Origin: Podarcis cretensis
Taxonomy: Eukaryota
Assembly (NCBI GenBank): GCA_951804945.1
Contig: OX638151.1
Span: 60,574,001-60,638,000, forward strand
DNA: 64,000 nucleotides
Reading direction: 5' to 3'
The position numbers were made by a program, and so were the translations under genes. Position 1 is the stretch's first letter. The number at the start of each line of letters is the position of its first letter. The notes beneath the pieces are model-generated. The model ran no database searches and was not told the origin of the DNA. It saw only the letters and a list, made by a program, of their open reading frames with translations. Below are positions 50,001 through 60,292 of this stretch, piece by piece.

Positions 50001-53000
50001 CTGAACAATTGATTATCAGAAGCACTGGAGCTCATTTTTTTTTGTTTGTTTATCTTCCTCTGTGCTTTTTCCCTCTTGCTACCAGAGCTATCGCTGCAGA
50101 TAAAACTATCATTTCATAGCTTTAATTGCAGCCAGCTCATACAGCTACAGGTTATCAAATAATGAGCATGGGTGTATGACTCATCCAGTCCCTTTCCACC
50201 AGAGCTGGAATGATCCAATCAATATCCAGCATCACCATTTATTAAGGCAGAACTGGAAGCTGCCTGGGTTTGTCTTCCTGACCCAGAGTCTGTGATATGG
50301 GAAGGCCAAGGAGATCAGAATGATTTCTGGGGTTGAGACAGAGAAGAGGTGGTGGAGGAATTCCTGTAATCTGGCATACAAGGATTGTTGTGGCTTCCTC
50401 CCCTTCCTGATTTGGAAGGTTACAATAGAGCATGCAATTGTCAGCGGGGAGTTTGGGGTTGAGTGGAGAAGGGCTAAGGACAATAGTGTATGTACTGCTT
50501 TTACAGATTCCTGAATCACAGTCTTTCAAACACACAATGCAGTGTCATAGGAACATATCTGAAAAAGTACTCAGTCCCAATGGCAGTAGAACTAGGTGAC
50601 CTTTACTGGCAGTCAACTAGCAAATTATTTCTGCAATTAAAGCAGGGCTTTTTAACAGATGCAGTATAATATCCTGTTTCAGAATGACACTGTTCCTTAA
50701 AACTGTTTGTAGCTGGTAGGTGACTGAATAGTGTACACTTTAGTATCCTTGTGAATTATTTTAGAAAATAGATGCTTCTACCTTAGCAGCAATTGTCATC
50801 TTTCTGAAAAAACTCCAGAGAAGGATTTATTTTCCTAGTGCTATAATGAAAATGTCACTACACTTATATACTGAGCAGGGACAAAATGAAAAAGTCAGTG
50901 TGATGTTTTGGATGGAGACAGTTATAATATCAAAGGCTAGCACTAGATGGCTTATAAAACAGTTCAGGCCAATAACAACAGTGACTCTTATGCAAGAAAG
51001 CCCCATTCAGTTAAATTTAAGAGTCTACAGTGTATGTAGAATGAGAACTTTTAAAGAGTAGTAGTGTAGAGTTCAGGGACGCAGGTGGCGCTGTGGGTTA
51101 AAGCCTCAGCGCCTAGGGCTTGCCGATCGAAAGGTCGGCGGTTTGAATCCCTGCGGCGGGGTGCGCTCCCGCTGCTCGGTCCCAGCGCCTGCCAACCTAG
51201 CAGTTCGAAAGCACCTCCGGGTGCAAGTAGATAAATAGGGACCGCTTACCAGCGGGAAGGTAAACGGCGTTTCCGTGTGCGGCTCTGGCTCTGGCTCTGG
51301 CCAGAGCAGCGATGTCACGCTGGCCACGTGACCCGGAAGTGTCTCCGGACAGCGCTGGCCCCTGGCCTCTTAAGTGAGATGGGCGCACAACCCCAGAGTC
51401 TGTCAAGACTGGCCCGTACGGGCAGGGGTACCTTTACCTTTAGTGTAGAGTTCCAAAATAGTGAGTCATGTGGATCATAGGGAGTTTCTGGTTAGTTCAC
51501 TATGGGACTTATTACTTGCTTGCTCAGAAAAGAGATGTGTAAAAAAAATAGGAGACATTCCTTCTGGTTTCCATGTTGAGCAGTATTTTCTGTAGTAAAC
51601 CTTCAGTTCATCCACACACACCTTTCTCTCACACACGCGTGCACACAATGCTTAACTTCCTCTAGTCATACCCATTGCAAGGTCCGTATATTTAAAGCCA
51701 TGGTTTTCTCAGTAGTGATGTATGGAAGTGAGAGCTGGTCCATCAAGAAGGCTGATCGCCGAAGAATTGATGCTTTTGAATTATGGTGCTGGAGGAGACT
51801 CTTGAGAGTCCCATGGACTGCAAGAAGATTAAACGTATCCATTCTGAAGGAAATCAGCCCTGAGTGCTCACTGAAAGGACAGATCGTGAAGCTGAGACTC
51901 CAGTACTTTGGCCACCTCATGAGAAGAGAAGACTCCCTGGAAAAGACCCTGATGTTGGGAAAGACTGAGGGCACAAGGAGAAGGGGACGACAGAGGACGA
52001 GATGGTTGGACAGTGTTCTCGAAGCTACAAACATGAGCCTGACCAAACTGCGGGAGGCAGTGGAAGACAGGAGTGCCTGGCGTGCTCTGGTCCATGGGGT
52101 CAGGAAGAGTCGGACACGACTAAACGACTAAACAACAACAACAAATGTTGTGGGCCCCTCCACTGCAGGCTCAGGTTCTATATATGTGTAAAGGACCCAC
52201 ATAAAGACACCAGTTTTCGCATTGTCTCATATCCAAAAGGACACAAAGACCCTAGAACCTAGAACCCCTGGAATCTTGTAGGTAAGAAAAGGTAAAAGGC
52301 CCCTGGATGGTTAAGTCCAGTCAAAGACAATATGGGGTGCGGTGCTTATCTCGCTTCAGGCCAAGGGAGCCGCCGTTTGTTGTGACAGCATTCTGGGTCA
52401 TGTGGCCAGCATGACTAAATTGCTTCTGGCGCAACGGAACACCATGAGAGAAGTCAAAGCGCACAAAAATGCTGTATAGCTTCCTATCACGACAATACTT
52501 ATTTAACTACTTGCACTGGCATGCTTACAAACTGCTAGGCTGGCAGAAGCTGGGACAGAGCAATGGGAAATCACCCCGTCATGGGGATTCGAACCACCAA
52601 CCTCCTGAGCAGCAAGCCGAAGAGGCTTAATGGTTTAGACCACAGCACCACCCACTCCCAGAGATTGGGGTGGCATGTAACAATACCTTTAATTCTGACT
52701 GGCACATTATTTTCTAAGTAGCCTTTTACCTAACCAAATGGGAATTTACTTGTAATCCTAGGGTTTCTTATTGTGCACTATAGTACTTTGATAATCACTT
52801 TAGGCTCACACATATTTACTAGTTTGTGTTTTTTCTAGAACTGCACAGATGACAGTCTGACCAGAACTAAAAGAGAAGTCCCACCCTTTTCTAGTCACAT
52901 GGTATCTTATGGCCCTATAAAGCGAAAGGTGGCAGATAATGAAGAGACTAATGTTGGTAAGTGGCTAAAAAAGTGCATGCCTTAAAATATAATTCTTCAA

Positions 53001-53879
53001 TAGAGTTACAGAGAACAAGAGTGCTTCTTTTTTGTAGCATACAAATGTCCAATCTAGTAGAATAAAGATAATGGGTGGAATTAAACATCATGCTTGATGA
53101 ACATCCTTCCTAAAGCATTTCAGCTTACCAGACAGAACCACCCACATTCCCGCCCCCGTGCACTGTTCTGGGGGGATGCGGGGAAGAGATGGGGGGAAAC
53201 CTTATTGTGTAAGCACAAATCTTTGTGCAAAAATTGAAAAACATCAATTAAGCAACATCAATTAAAAATCCTAATGTTAATAATATAAGAAGTGGTTCAT
53301 CCTCCATTCCCAGAAAATGACTTTAAACACACTGAAAACTCACCTAAGTGACTGGCCAGTAAATGTGTATGTCTGCAGGTTCTGTATTCAGCATCTCCAG
53401 GGAAGGAGAGTCGGCAAAGACCTCGGCCTGTGATCCTGAAGAGCCATTTCTAGTCAGAGTAGACAATACACTGGGCTAGATGGACCAATGATGAGCGCAA
53501 TGCAACTTTATGCATTTGTAGCAAACATCTCAGATCAGGATATTCCTCTCTTACTGCCACCTGGTGCAGGTGAAATCCATGTTGCTGCTCTGTTTAAAGC
53601 AGCATGCAAATGCAATTCAAAGTTTTATAATGGTTAACATTATTCCACACATTAGATTTGGTGCGAAAGTATTAACTTTTCTGGAAATCGTTCTGCTTTC
53701 TTTCAGACAGAGGAAAACTTCTACCAGTAGACATTTTGATCCTTAGTGGAATTCTGATTTCTGTACTGGTGACAACGGTAATTTTTGGCAATCTTTTTCT
53801 TCAGTCACGAAGGACCTACCCTACTATGCAAGCACAACTAACAATGTCCCGTTTTCTCAACTCTGAAGTTCCATCATGA
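37634..53879 (+). CDS. Uncharacterised single-ZP-module type I membrane glycoprotein (UMOD/GP2/tectorin/ZPD-like), 9 coding exons, 372 aa
   Basis: Exons 37634-37700, 43301-43395, 44482-44586, 45898-46058, 47096-47231, 48352-48446, 49240-49408, 52839-52956 and 53707-53879 sum to 1119 nt, open, with matching GT-AG phases. 10 ZP cysteines, CWSTP, FRIQMFKF, VFLHC..IC, RTKR, SYGPI, TM helix. Confidence 0.9.
38120..38209. mobile_element. 90-bp hAT MITE, TIR CATAGCTGTCAACTTT, 8-bp TSD GTTATAAT
   Basis: Perfect 16-bp inverted termini; TSD at 38112-38119 and 38210-38217. Confidence 0.88.
40398..41030 (+). mobile_element. L2-clade LINE 3' fragment
   Basis: GTCCAGGGCAGC..TACTGCAATGCGCTCTACGTGGG..CCCAGAGTGGCTGGGG..AAATAATAAA. 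Confidence 0.85.
42823..43074 (+). mobile_element. Squam3-like SINE, second copy
   Basis: Highly similar to 16858-17126; ends about 230 bp upstream of ZP exon 2. Confidence 0.82.
43301..43395 (+). CDS. ZP-module gene exon 2 (ZP-N start, Cys1)
   Basis: tacag|DTEINETIICTKDLIEVEIPSAFFLSKNPPIL|gtaagt. Confidence 0.88.
43524..43550. repeat. (CA)n microsatellite
   Basis: Seen directly. Confidence 0.95.
44482..44586 (+). CDS. ZP-module gene exon 3 (Cys2, Cys3)
   Basis: tgcag|VSDLHLNDPSCHGTQVGNLYIFSIKTNFTDCGTRM|gtaata. Confidence 0.92.
44891..45029. mobile_element. Related hAT-type palindromic MITE
   Basis: CAACCTGTGGGTCCCCAGATGTTGTTG..CAACAACATCTGGGGACCCACAGGTTG. Confidence 0.8.
45615..45750. 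mobile_element. hAT-type palindromic MITE (136 bp), 8-bp TSD CTCTAGTT
   Basis: Same loop as the 5244 copy; TSD at 45607-45614 and 45751-45758. Confidence 0.88.
45898..46058 (+). CDS. ZP-module gene exon 4 (Cys4)
   Basis: tgcag|DSDGAHIIFINTIQ..IITRTFINITFACRYPINYMV..VDIR|gtaagc. Confidence 0.92.
46982..47022. repeat. (GT)n microsatellite
   Basis: Seen directly, about 75 nt upstream of ZP exon 5. Confidence 0.95.
47096..47231 (+). CDS. ZP-module gene exon 5 (IHP, ZP-C start)
   Basis: ccag|TITLNTEDGNFSVSMMLYKD..LTLEDNIFVKVKM|gtacct. Confidence 0.88.
48352..48446 (+). CDS. ZP-module gene exon 6
   Basis: ggcag|VPGNLIIRLENCWSTPTKDPVHAVQYSFIRD|gttcgt. Confidence 0.9.
49240..49408 (+). CDS. ZP-module gene exon 7
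   Basis: catag|CPQFVKDETLSVITNGEGEEALFRIQMFKFVG..VFLHCTVQICHGTTAACKP|gtaagt. Confidence 0.93.
51076..51440 (+). mobile_element. Sauria SINE, young, with 13-bp TSD
   Basis: TAGTGTAGAGTTC at 51062-51074 and 51441-51453; near-identical to the 19.3-kb copy. Confidence 0.93.
51678..52143 (+). mobile_element. BovB (RTE) LINE 3' fragment
   Basis: MVFSVVMYGSESWSIKKADRRRIDAFELWCWRRLLRVPWTARR..LQYFGHLMRREDSLEKTLMLGK; (AAC)n tail. Confidence 0.93.
52280..52660 (-). mobile_element. Sauria SINE, older diverged copy
   Basis: AAAGGTAAAAGG.. start, GGGTCATGTGGCCAGCATGAC, ..GATTCGAACC..GGTTTAGACCACAGCACCACC. Confidence 0.8.
52839..52956 (+). CDS. ZP-module gene exon 8 (furin site, EHP)
   Basis: ctag|NCTDDSLTRTKREVPPFSSHMVSYGPIKRKVADNEETNV|gtaagt. 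Confidence 0.9.
53707..53879 (+). CDS. ZP-module gene exon 9 (TM helix, cytoplasmic tail, stop)
   Basis: ttcag|DRGKLLPVDILILSGILISVLVTTVIFGNLFLQSRRTYPTMQAQLTMSRFLNSEVPS*. Confidence 0.85.
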
Positions 53880-53969
53880 TTAACTGTTCCCATATATTTA
53901 CATATTCTATAGAAAACTACTGATATTTTTTATCTAGCTACACGTAAAGATTACCCAAAGTAGGGAAAT

Positions 53970-53975
53970 AATAAA
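53970..53975 (+). terminator. Candidate polyadenylation signal of the ZP-module gene
   Basis: AATAAA about 90 nt after the stop; further AATAAA near 54227 and 54636. Confidence 0.35.
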
Positions 53976-56769
53976 TGTAAGTGAACCTACAATTTGAAGA
54001 CCACTTCAGATGTGAACTGTGTTCCCAACTTCTCATGCACAAAAAATGCCCTGAAGATTGTATATATGTGTACATTTTGCTGTGCTCATGCAGTTCCTGA
54101 TGCAATGCTTCTCAGTATAATCGCTGGGTGAGTGTGCATGACCATGGATGAGTGTGTGCTCATTATACTTGATGAGCTGGATGCTGATTGCATATTTTTT
54201 TTCCTTCAGAAAAGTGTTATCCACGTAATAAATTTTTCATGCTTGAATAGCTATTCCTCCCTTACATACATTAGATACATGTCTCTCAGGAAAAACATTT
54301 ATTTTCTGAGATCCCCCCCCCCCCTCATGGAAGCGGTCAACAAGTCAGCTGTCATTTCATTTTTAATGAATGTTATAGGTATGATCTATTGCTCAGACAC
54401 TCAGATGAAAACTACGGCTTTCCTACTGTTTGCTATGAAATGGCTTATGTTGTTATTAATTGCTATCAATTGTCCTCAATAAGCAAAGCATTGTTTAATA
54501 GCAGAAACTGGTGAAACTGTGTGACCCATCTTCCCTTTACTCCTTTCCCCCCTCTGTGCTGCATCAAGTGCAGTACTTGCTAATTTTATGAACTGTTAAG
54601 ATTTGTCTGAGCTACTTATAATAGAATTGTTTCTGAATAAACACTGATCTACTGCTAAAAAGTTTGTAATGCTGAATGAAACAATCACTCAGACCTTATT
54701 TCCCTGACTACAATATTTATCACAACCTCCAGAAAGGTAGCCATGCCCCCTCTATAGCAGCAAAAACAACAAAAAAAGAGGTGAAGATTAACTGTTAACA
54801 TCTTACTGTGACAACTACAGCAGCATGCTCATTACACTCACTCATATAAACCCACTATTTTCTGAAGTCCAAGTTGATGCTACAAAGAATACCTTTATCA
54901 AGTATTTAGCTAAGCAGGATGTAAGCACAACACAGACGAAATTGTTTTGGATTCTCCTGTCCACAGGTTCCAGGAGAAATTGATCCCTTCAGTAGTAAAA
55001 GGGGGTATGCCCCTTTGTCCTGAAAAGATGTCTGCGGGGTGGGGGGTGGGGAATGCATGCTTTGATCCCTGTCTCCACAGCCCTTCTGGTGGCAGTGAGC
55101 TCCAACCATCTTTACCACCCATCTTCAGGAGACTGGGCTTTATCAGCACAATACATTTCTTTATAGCTCAACTAGTCACCATGCAACTATAATTCACAGC
55201 AGCCATTCCATCAGACTCCAGGGGTCTGCTGAAAGACCAGCAACGTTGGTCTTCTATTCCAGCTGGTCATTACAAGAACTCTGCATTTAAGAAACAGAGC
55301 TTGAGTTTTCTTTTTTTAACTCCCTCTCAAATTCTTTTCTTTTTGGGATAAAAAATGATTTAAATAAATAAATAACCTGTGGACCTCCAGACGTTGTTGG
55401 ACTCCAACTACCATCAGCCCCAGCCAGCATGACCAGTTGTCAGATATGATATCCAGAGGACCACCCTTGTTTTATAGGTTCCCTAATGTAACATATATTC
55501 TCACAAGGTGCTGGTGAATGGGTGAAACAGATTATTATCTAATAATAACCGGTATTTAATATAATAAATATCATAATCCTAACAGGATACTTTACTCAGT
55601 CACATAAAAACCCAGCTGCACATATTTGCAAATGAAATTTGGCATCTTCTGGGAATAAAGAAAAATCTCATTTATTTGAGGAACATTTGCTCAACTGCAA
55701 ATAGTAACTAGAACAAGTAGTAGTAGCAATTCTATAGAAGGAATACAAATGCAGATAGTAGAATAGCAACAGAAAATATGGAGGAACATACCTTCAGACC
55801 ATAATAGCTAAATTAGCTAATGCTTCAGACATTTCGACAATCGGCACACACAAAACATGCACAAATTAGTTTTGCTTCCAAGTAACATGAAGGAATTTGT
55901 ACATCTTTTTGTGTGTGACTGTGATCCACATCCGAGCCCAGCAAGGCCAAAAGCCTCTCATGTCCAGGGACATATCTTTGCCAGTTTTGGGTATGATTAC
56001 TGTACAGTATTTCAAAGTAAGGAAATGACACCATCAACAAACAAGGTGTAATGATACTAAGCAGAAATCCAAGTGCCCTGTAAGTGGAGATAAGAGGTTC
56101 AGAAAAATACCAGCAAAGAATTGAACCCTATGACAGCAGCCTTCACCCCAGAATCTTTCAGTAGCAGAATAGTGGAAAATGCAATAATGTAGAAAAGTGC
56201 CTCCATCAGAGTGCCTACAGAGTGCAAAGCCAGCCACTGAAAAGAGTGAGGCAGTCTCATTTTAGGAGGACAATGAAGAGGTACCATGGAAATGGTCTTT
56301 TATTCTTATATTTTTACTATGTGGCAAGATAGGTAGATCTGTCAAACTCTTGAAATAATAATAAAGAAACTTGAAACAGGGCAGACCTTCCCCCTTGCCT
56401 GCAGGTACCACCATGCCACGGCCTTATCTGGCAGAGGAAATGACTTTTCCTTCCGCACAGCATCGCTATATATCCCACTGCATCTGCATGCAGTGGAAAT
56501 AATACCTTTCAGAACAAATAGTCCGGTTCCCCGGTCCCTTCCCTCATCATATATGAAGCAGAGCATCTGGAACCGGAGAGCAGCAGTCGCTTCTTCAGAA
56601 GCAAATTCCAGAGTACGGCTGCAACAGCCTTAATTCCGTAAGTAATAAGGAAGATGATGATGATGATGATAACAAAATAAAACTATTCCCGCAATAGTTG
56701 CTTGCACTCCTCCGGGACCATTATCCTCCGGAATAATAACTTATACTAGTATTGCAAGTTAGCATAATT

Positions 56770-58020
56770 CCCAGAGATAATGGCCGCGAATAAAATGCAA
56801 GGCGCCCTTGTATTTTACAATAAGGGAGAGCGACGCGGAGGTGTCGCCGGACTCCGGGACAGCCTCGCTCACGCTCCCCCGGGGAGAAGCTCGCTTCCCT
56901 TTCGCTGCGTCACCGCATGGAGTCCCGTTGCTCCTCCTCCTCCTCCTCCCTCCTTTACGACACCCGCTCCCCCCACCGCCACCGTGCAGCCAGGGAAGAG
57001 AGCGCGCGCGAGCAAGCGGCGTAGCCGGAAAGCGCCGCTGCGAGCCTGCTCTGGCAAGTCCTCCGCCCCACCCTTCACCGGAACCGGATCGAATCTTCAG
57101 GGCGTCCCGGGGAGCGGCTGCCTCTCTCGACTGCTCCTCACTCGTCCTCCCTCCACGTTCGAGCTGCTTTACGCGCAGGAGGCGGGAGAGCGACCGAGCG
57201 GTGAGTCGTGTGTGTGTGTGTGAGAGAGAGAGAGAGGGAACGAGAACAGGGACGCGGGACGGGACGCGTCTTGAGGGCTTTTCTCTGTCTGTCTCTTCTC
57301 CCCTCGGTGGGCTCGAACTACGGCTGCTGCTGCTACTGCTGCTCCCTGCCGGCCGACAAGTAAACAAATGGCGGCTGGCAGGGAGGTGGGTCGGTGCGTG
57401 GTGTGGAGCTGCGGGGTCCCCTTCTGGCTCCTGCCCGAGCAGGATGGGCCCGCCTGGTCTGGGGCGGTCAGCCCACCTTCTCGCAGGGCTGTGAAGCGGG
57501 ATGGGAGTGATGGTGGTCGTCGGGGGCCGGGGGGGGGGGCAATGACTGGCTGACAGCTGGCGCGGTCCTTTCTGAGGAGGCCCCGGGAGGTGCTTTCCTT
57601 GGAGCAGTGGCGCTGCTGCTTTTGGCCTCCCCCCCCCCCGTTGTGTTTAAAGACGGGTCTCAAAGGAGGGTCGGGGTGGGTGCCAGGGAGGGAGGGAGGG
57701 AGGGGGAAGATACGCCTGTGGCGCTGGCTCCTTCCCTTCTCTTCGCTGCCCGCCCCTCCTCTCCTCTCTTTCCCCTTCGGTGTAGATGGAAACAATGGAC
57801 AGAGGGGAATGGACCGCCTCCTCCTTGAGCCGATTACTTAGCATGGCTACGGCAGTAATATGCGAAGCTGCTCAACCACACACACAACACACAGACGCCC
57901 AGCTCCCAGTGGTCAGAAAAGCCCTATTGTGAGTTGGGGTGTGTTGGTGCGGCTGCTGCAGGCATCGTCCCCGCCTCAAATTAGTACAGAGAAGCGTGCT
58001 CGATTCAACGGCGGGGATTT
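56770..58020 (+). promoter_or_regulatory. CpG-island promoter of the next gene (probably FBXO30 by synteny)
   Basis: Abrupt GC/CpG-rich block, ETS-like CCGGAA sites, YY1-like CAAATGGCGGC at 57365-57375. In mammals FBXO30 follows SHPRH on the same strand (recalled synteny). No FBXO30 coding sequence is in the window. Confidence 0.75.
57040..57200 (+). other. Putative non-coding first exon (FBXO30-like 5'UTR); start approximate
   Basis: Donor gagcg|GTGAGT at 57200/57201 inside the CpG island, followed by a long AT-rich intron-like region to the window end. Confidence 0.5.
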
Positions 58021-59949
58021 CCCTGGGTTCCTATATGGGTGTGTGTTAAAAATAAATGGTTAAATGCAAGGGCAGTTCTGCCCTAGATGACTTGGCTCCA
58101 TTGAGGGTTGTCCTGTGGTTAAGCCTGAGCCTTAAAAGGAGACAGCATCGTTCCCTATGTTAAACTTGTGGGAGGGAAGGAGTATGGCTCTGCCTGTCAC
58201 TTGTTATAAGGAGGAATAGAACACAATGGAAAGCGGTATTGATTCTTGGAATAGCTTCTTCTTGAAACATTTTTCTCTACATATCTAATATGGAAGAGTC
58301 TGTAATAATCAATCGCCTATTGAAAATGAATGGATGGGTATAATGTTTTGTAAACGTTTGTAAGCTGAAAGCAGAATGCAGTAAAAGCTACAGTTTGGGA
58401 AAGGAGACATTGTAGTAGTTTTGAAATAAGAGAACCTTGTCAGATTTTTGAAAAGACATCAAACAGTGACCATAGGGACTATTGTTCAGAGAGGAATATG
58501 AACACTGCTTTAGTTCTCTGAAAAAATTTCCCTATCACATTTTGTTGGCATCTACTGTAACAGTATAGTTTTTAGTTTTTGTGCTACATAGTAAAAAAAT
58601 AATTGATAGTGAAAGAATATAGCTGGGACTTGAGTTATGCCAAAGTATATGGCTTAAGCCTGAATTTAAAAAGAGGGGTGGGGGATAATCCTATTCAATA
58701 AAACATTATCAAATATGAAACTATTTAATCAACATGGTTTGTATATGTATCTGATAATGCTTATTTTTTCTGAAATAAGTTGTTACAATTGTGAGCAGCT
58801 CTTTGAAAATAAGTCTTAGTGTCATTCAGTATTTGAGGTTAGGCACTGAACTTCTGTATTCACAAACTTTAACCCTTTCCTTCACCTCCCTACATTCTTT
58901 ATTTTAGGTGCAATCAAGGGGTGCAGATGTGGTGACTGGGTGGATAACGTAATATGTATGTGCTTAAGCTTTGAGGCAGCTTCCTATTTTTACATACTAC
59001 TTTAATGTCTCTTAAAGATATCCTGCAGTACTTTCAGAGTTTTCAGAAATTACATAGCTTTGAAAACCATATGGAGAAACTATTGCCCAGCTGTAGTACA
59101 TTAAGCCATTAGATCTGTGAAGTTGTTTCTGAAAACACTTCAATCCCAACCACATTTTTCAAGATTAAGCCCATTTGATTTTAAAGGAATTTACTATATT
59201 AAATAGCAACTCATGGGCAGTAACACCTTGGGGTGGGGGATCTCTCCACATTATGTCATACATCAGATTATATTCCCAATCTAGAAATTGTGACACACAG
59301 CTACAGGCTATAGACATGCTGCTCTATGCAACAAGCTTTGTGTTGAGCAGAGTTTGGGTGCTGACAGCTCTTGCTGAGATGGCTATTGGTGTCTGGAATC
59401 TGTTTCCATCAGACCTAACCACATTGACCATCTGTTCAAAGCTGCATGTGTTTCTCCAATCCAGCAAGTAGCAGCAAACTTTACAGCTATTGAAGCTGGA
59501 TGCAGATTTTTCTCTGCGTATCATCTTTTCTCTGTGTGTCGTCTGTGCCCTAGGCCCCAATATAGAACTCTTTCTGTAGGTGCAGATGTTAGAACAGGGC
59601 ATATCAGCAAAAACAAGCCAGCATATTTAGTAAACCAGTATCTTGTTTTTAAATTAAATCCAAAGTCTGAAAGTATCCATTGGGCTACAGATATTTAAAA
59701 TAAAAACAAATAGGTACAAAACACACTCGGTGTCCAAAACCATAATGAAGGAATGTAGGCAGTATCTGCATAATTGTGAAATATTGAAAACACATTGCCA
59801 GGTGTTTTAGCTACTAGCATTTTGAGAGAACTGACCACTTTTATAAGATTTTAATCTAAATTTCATAAGCACCCTTAATTTCTATCAAGTGAAAACTGAC
59901 AATACTATTAGCATAAGCTGTAAATGTGTGGTACAGTGTAGAATATATA

Positions 59950-60292
59950 GATATACCTGAAGGAGCCTCTCCATCCCCATCGTTCTGCCCAGACACTCAG
60001 GTCCAGCACTGAGGGCCTTCTGCGGTTCCTTCACTGTGTGAAGCAAAGTTACAGCGAACCAGACAGAGGGCCTTCTCAGTAGTGGCACCTGCTCTGTGGA
60101 ACGCCCTCTCATCAGATGTCAAAGAAATAAACAACTATCTGACTTTTAGAAAACATCTGAAGGCAGCCCTGTTTAGGGAAGCTTTTAATATTTGATGAAT
60201 TATTGTATTTTAATATTTTGTTGGAAGCTGCCCAGAGTGGCTGGGGAAACAGCCAGATGGGCAGGATATAAATAAATTATTATTATTATTAT
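59950..60292 (+). mobile_element. L2-clade LINE 3' end
   Basis: ATACCTGAAGGAGC..CCCAGAGTGGCTGGGGAAAC..(ATT)n. Confidence 0.82.

Noticed and set aside
50232-50535. Overlapping 64-97 aa ORFs in ZP intron 7
   Set aside because: No clear motif; exons 7 and 8 already join in frame; at most a decayed repeat.
56759-57844. Long ORFs (147-228 aa) on both strands
   Set aside because: Low-complexity translations typical of stop-poor CpG-island sequence; no recognisable domain.
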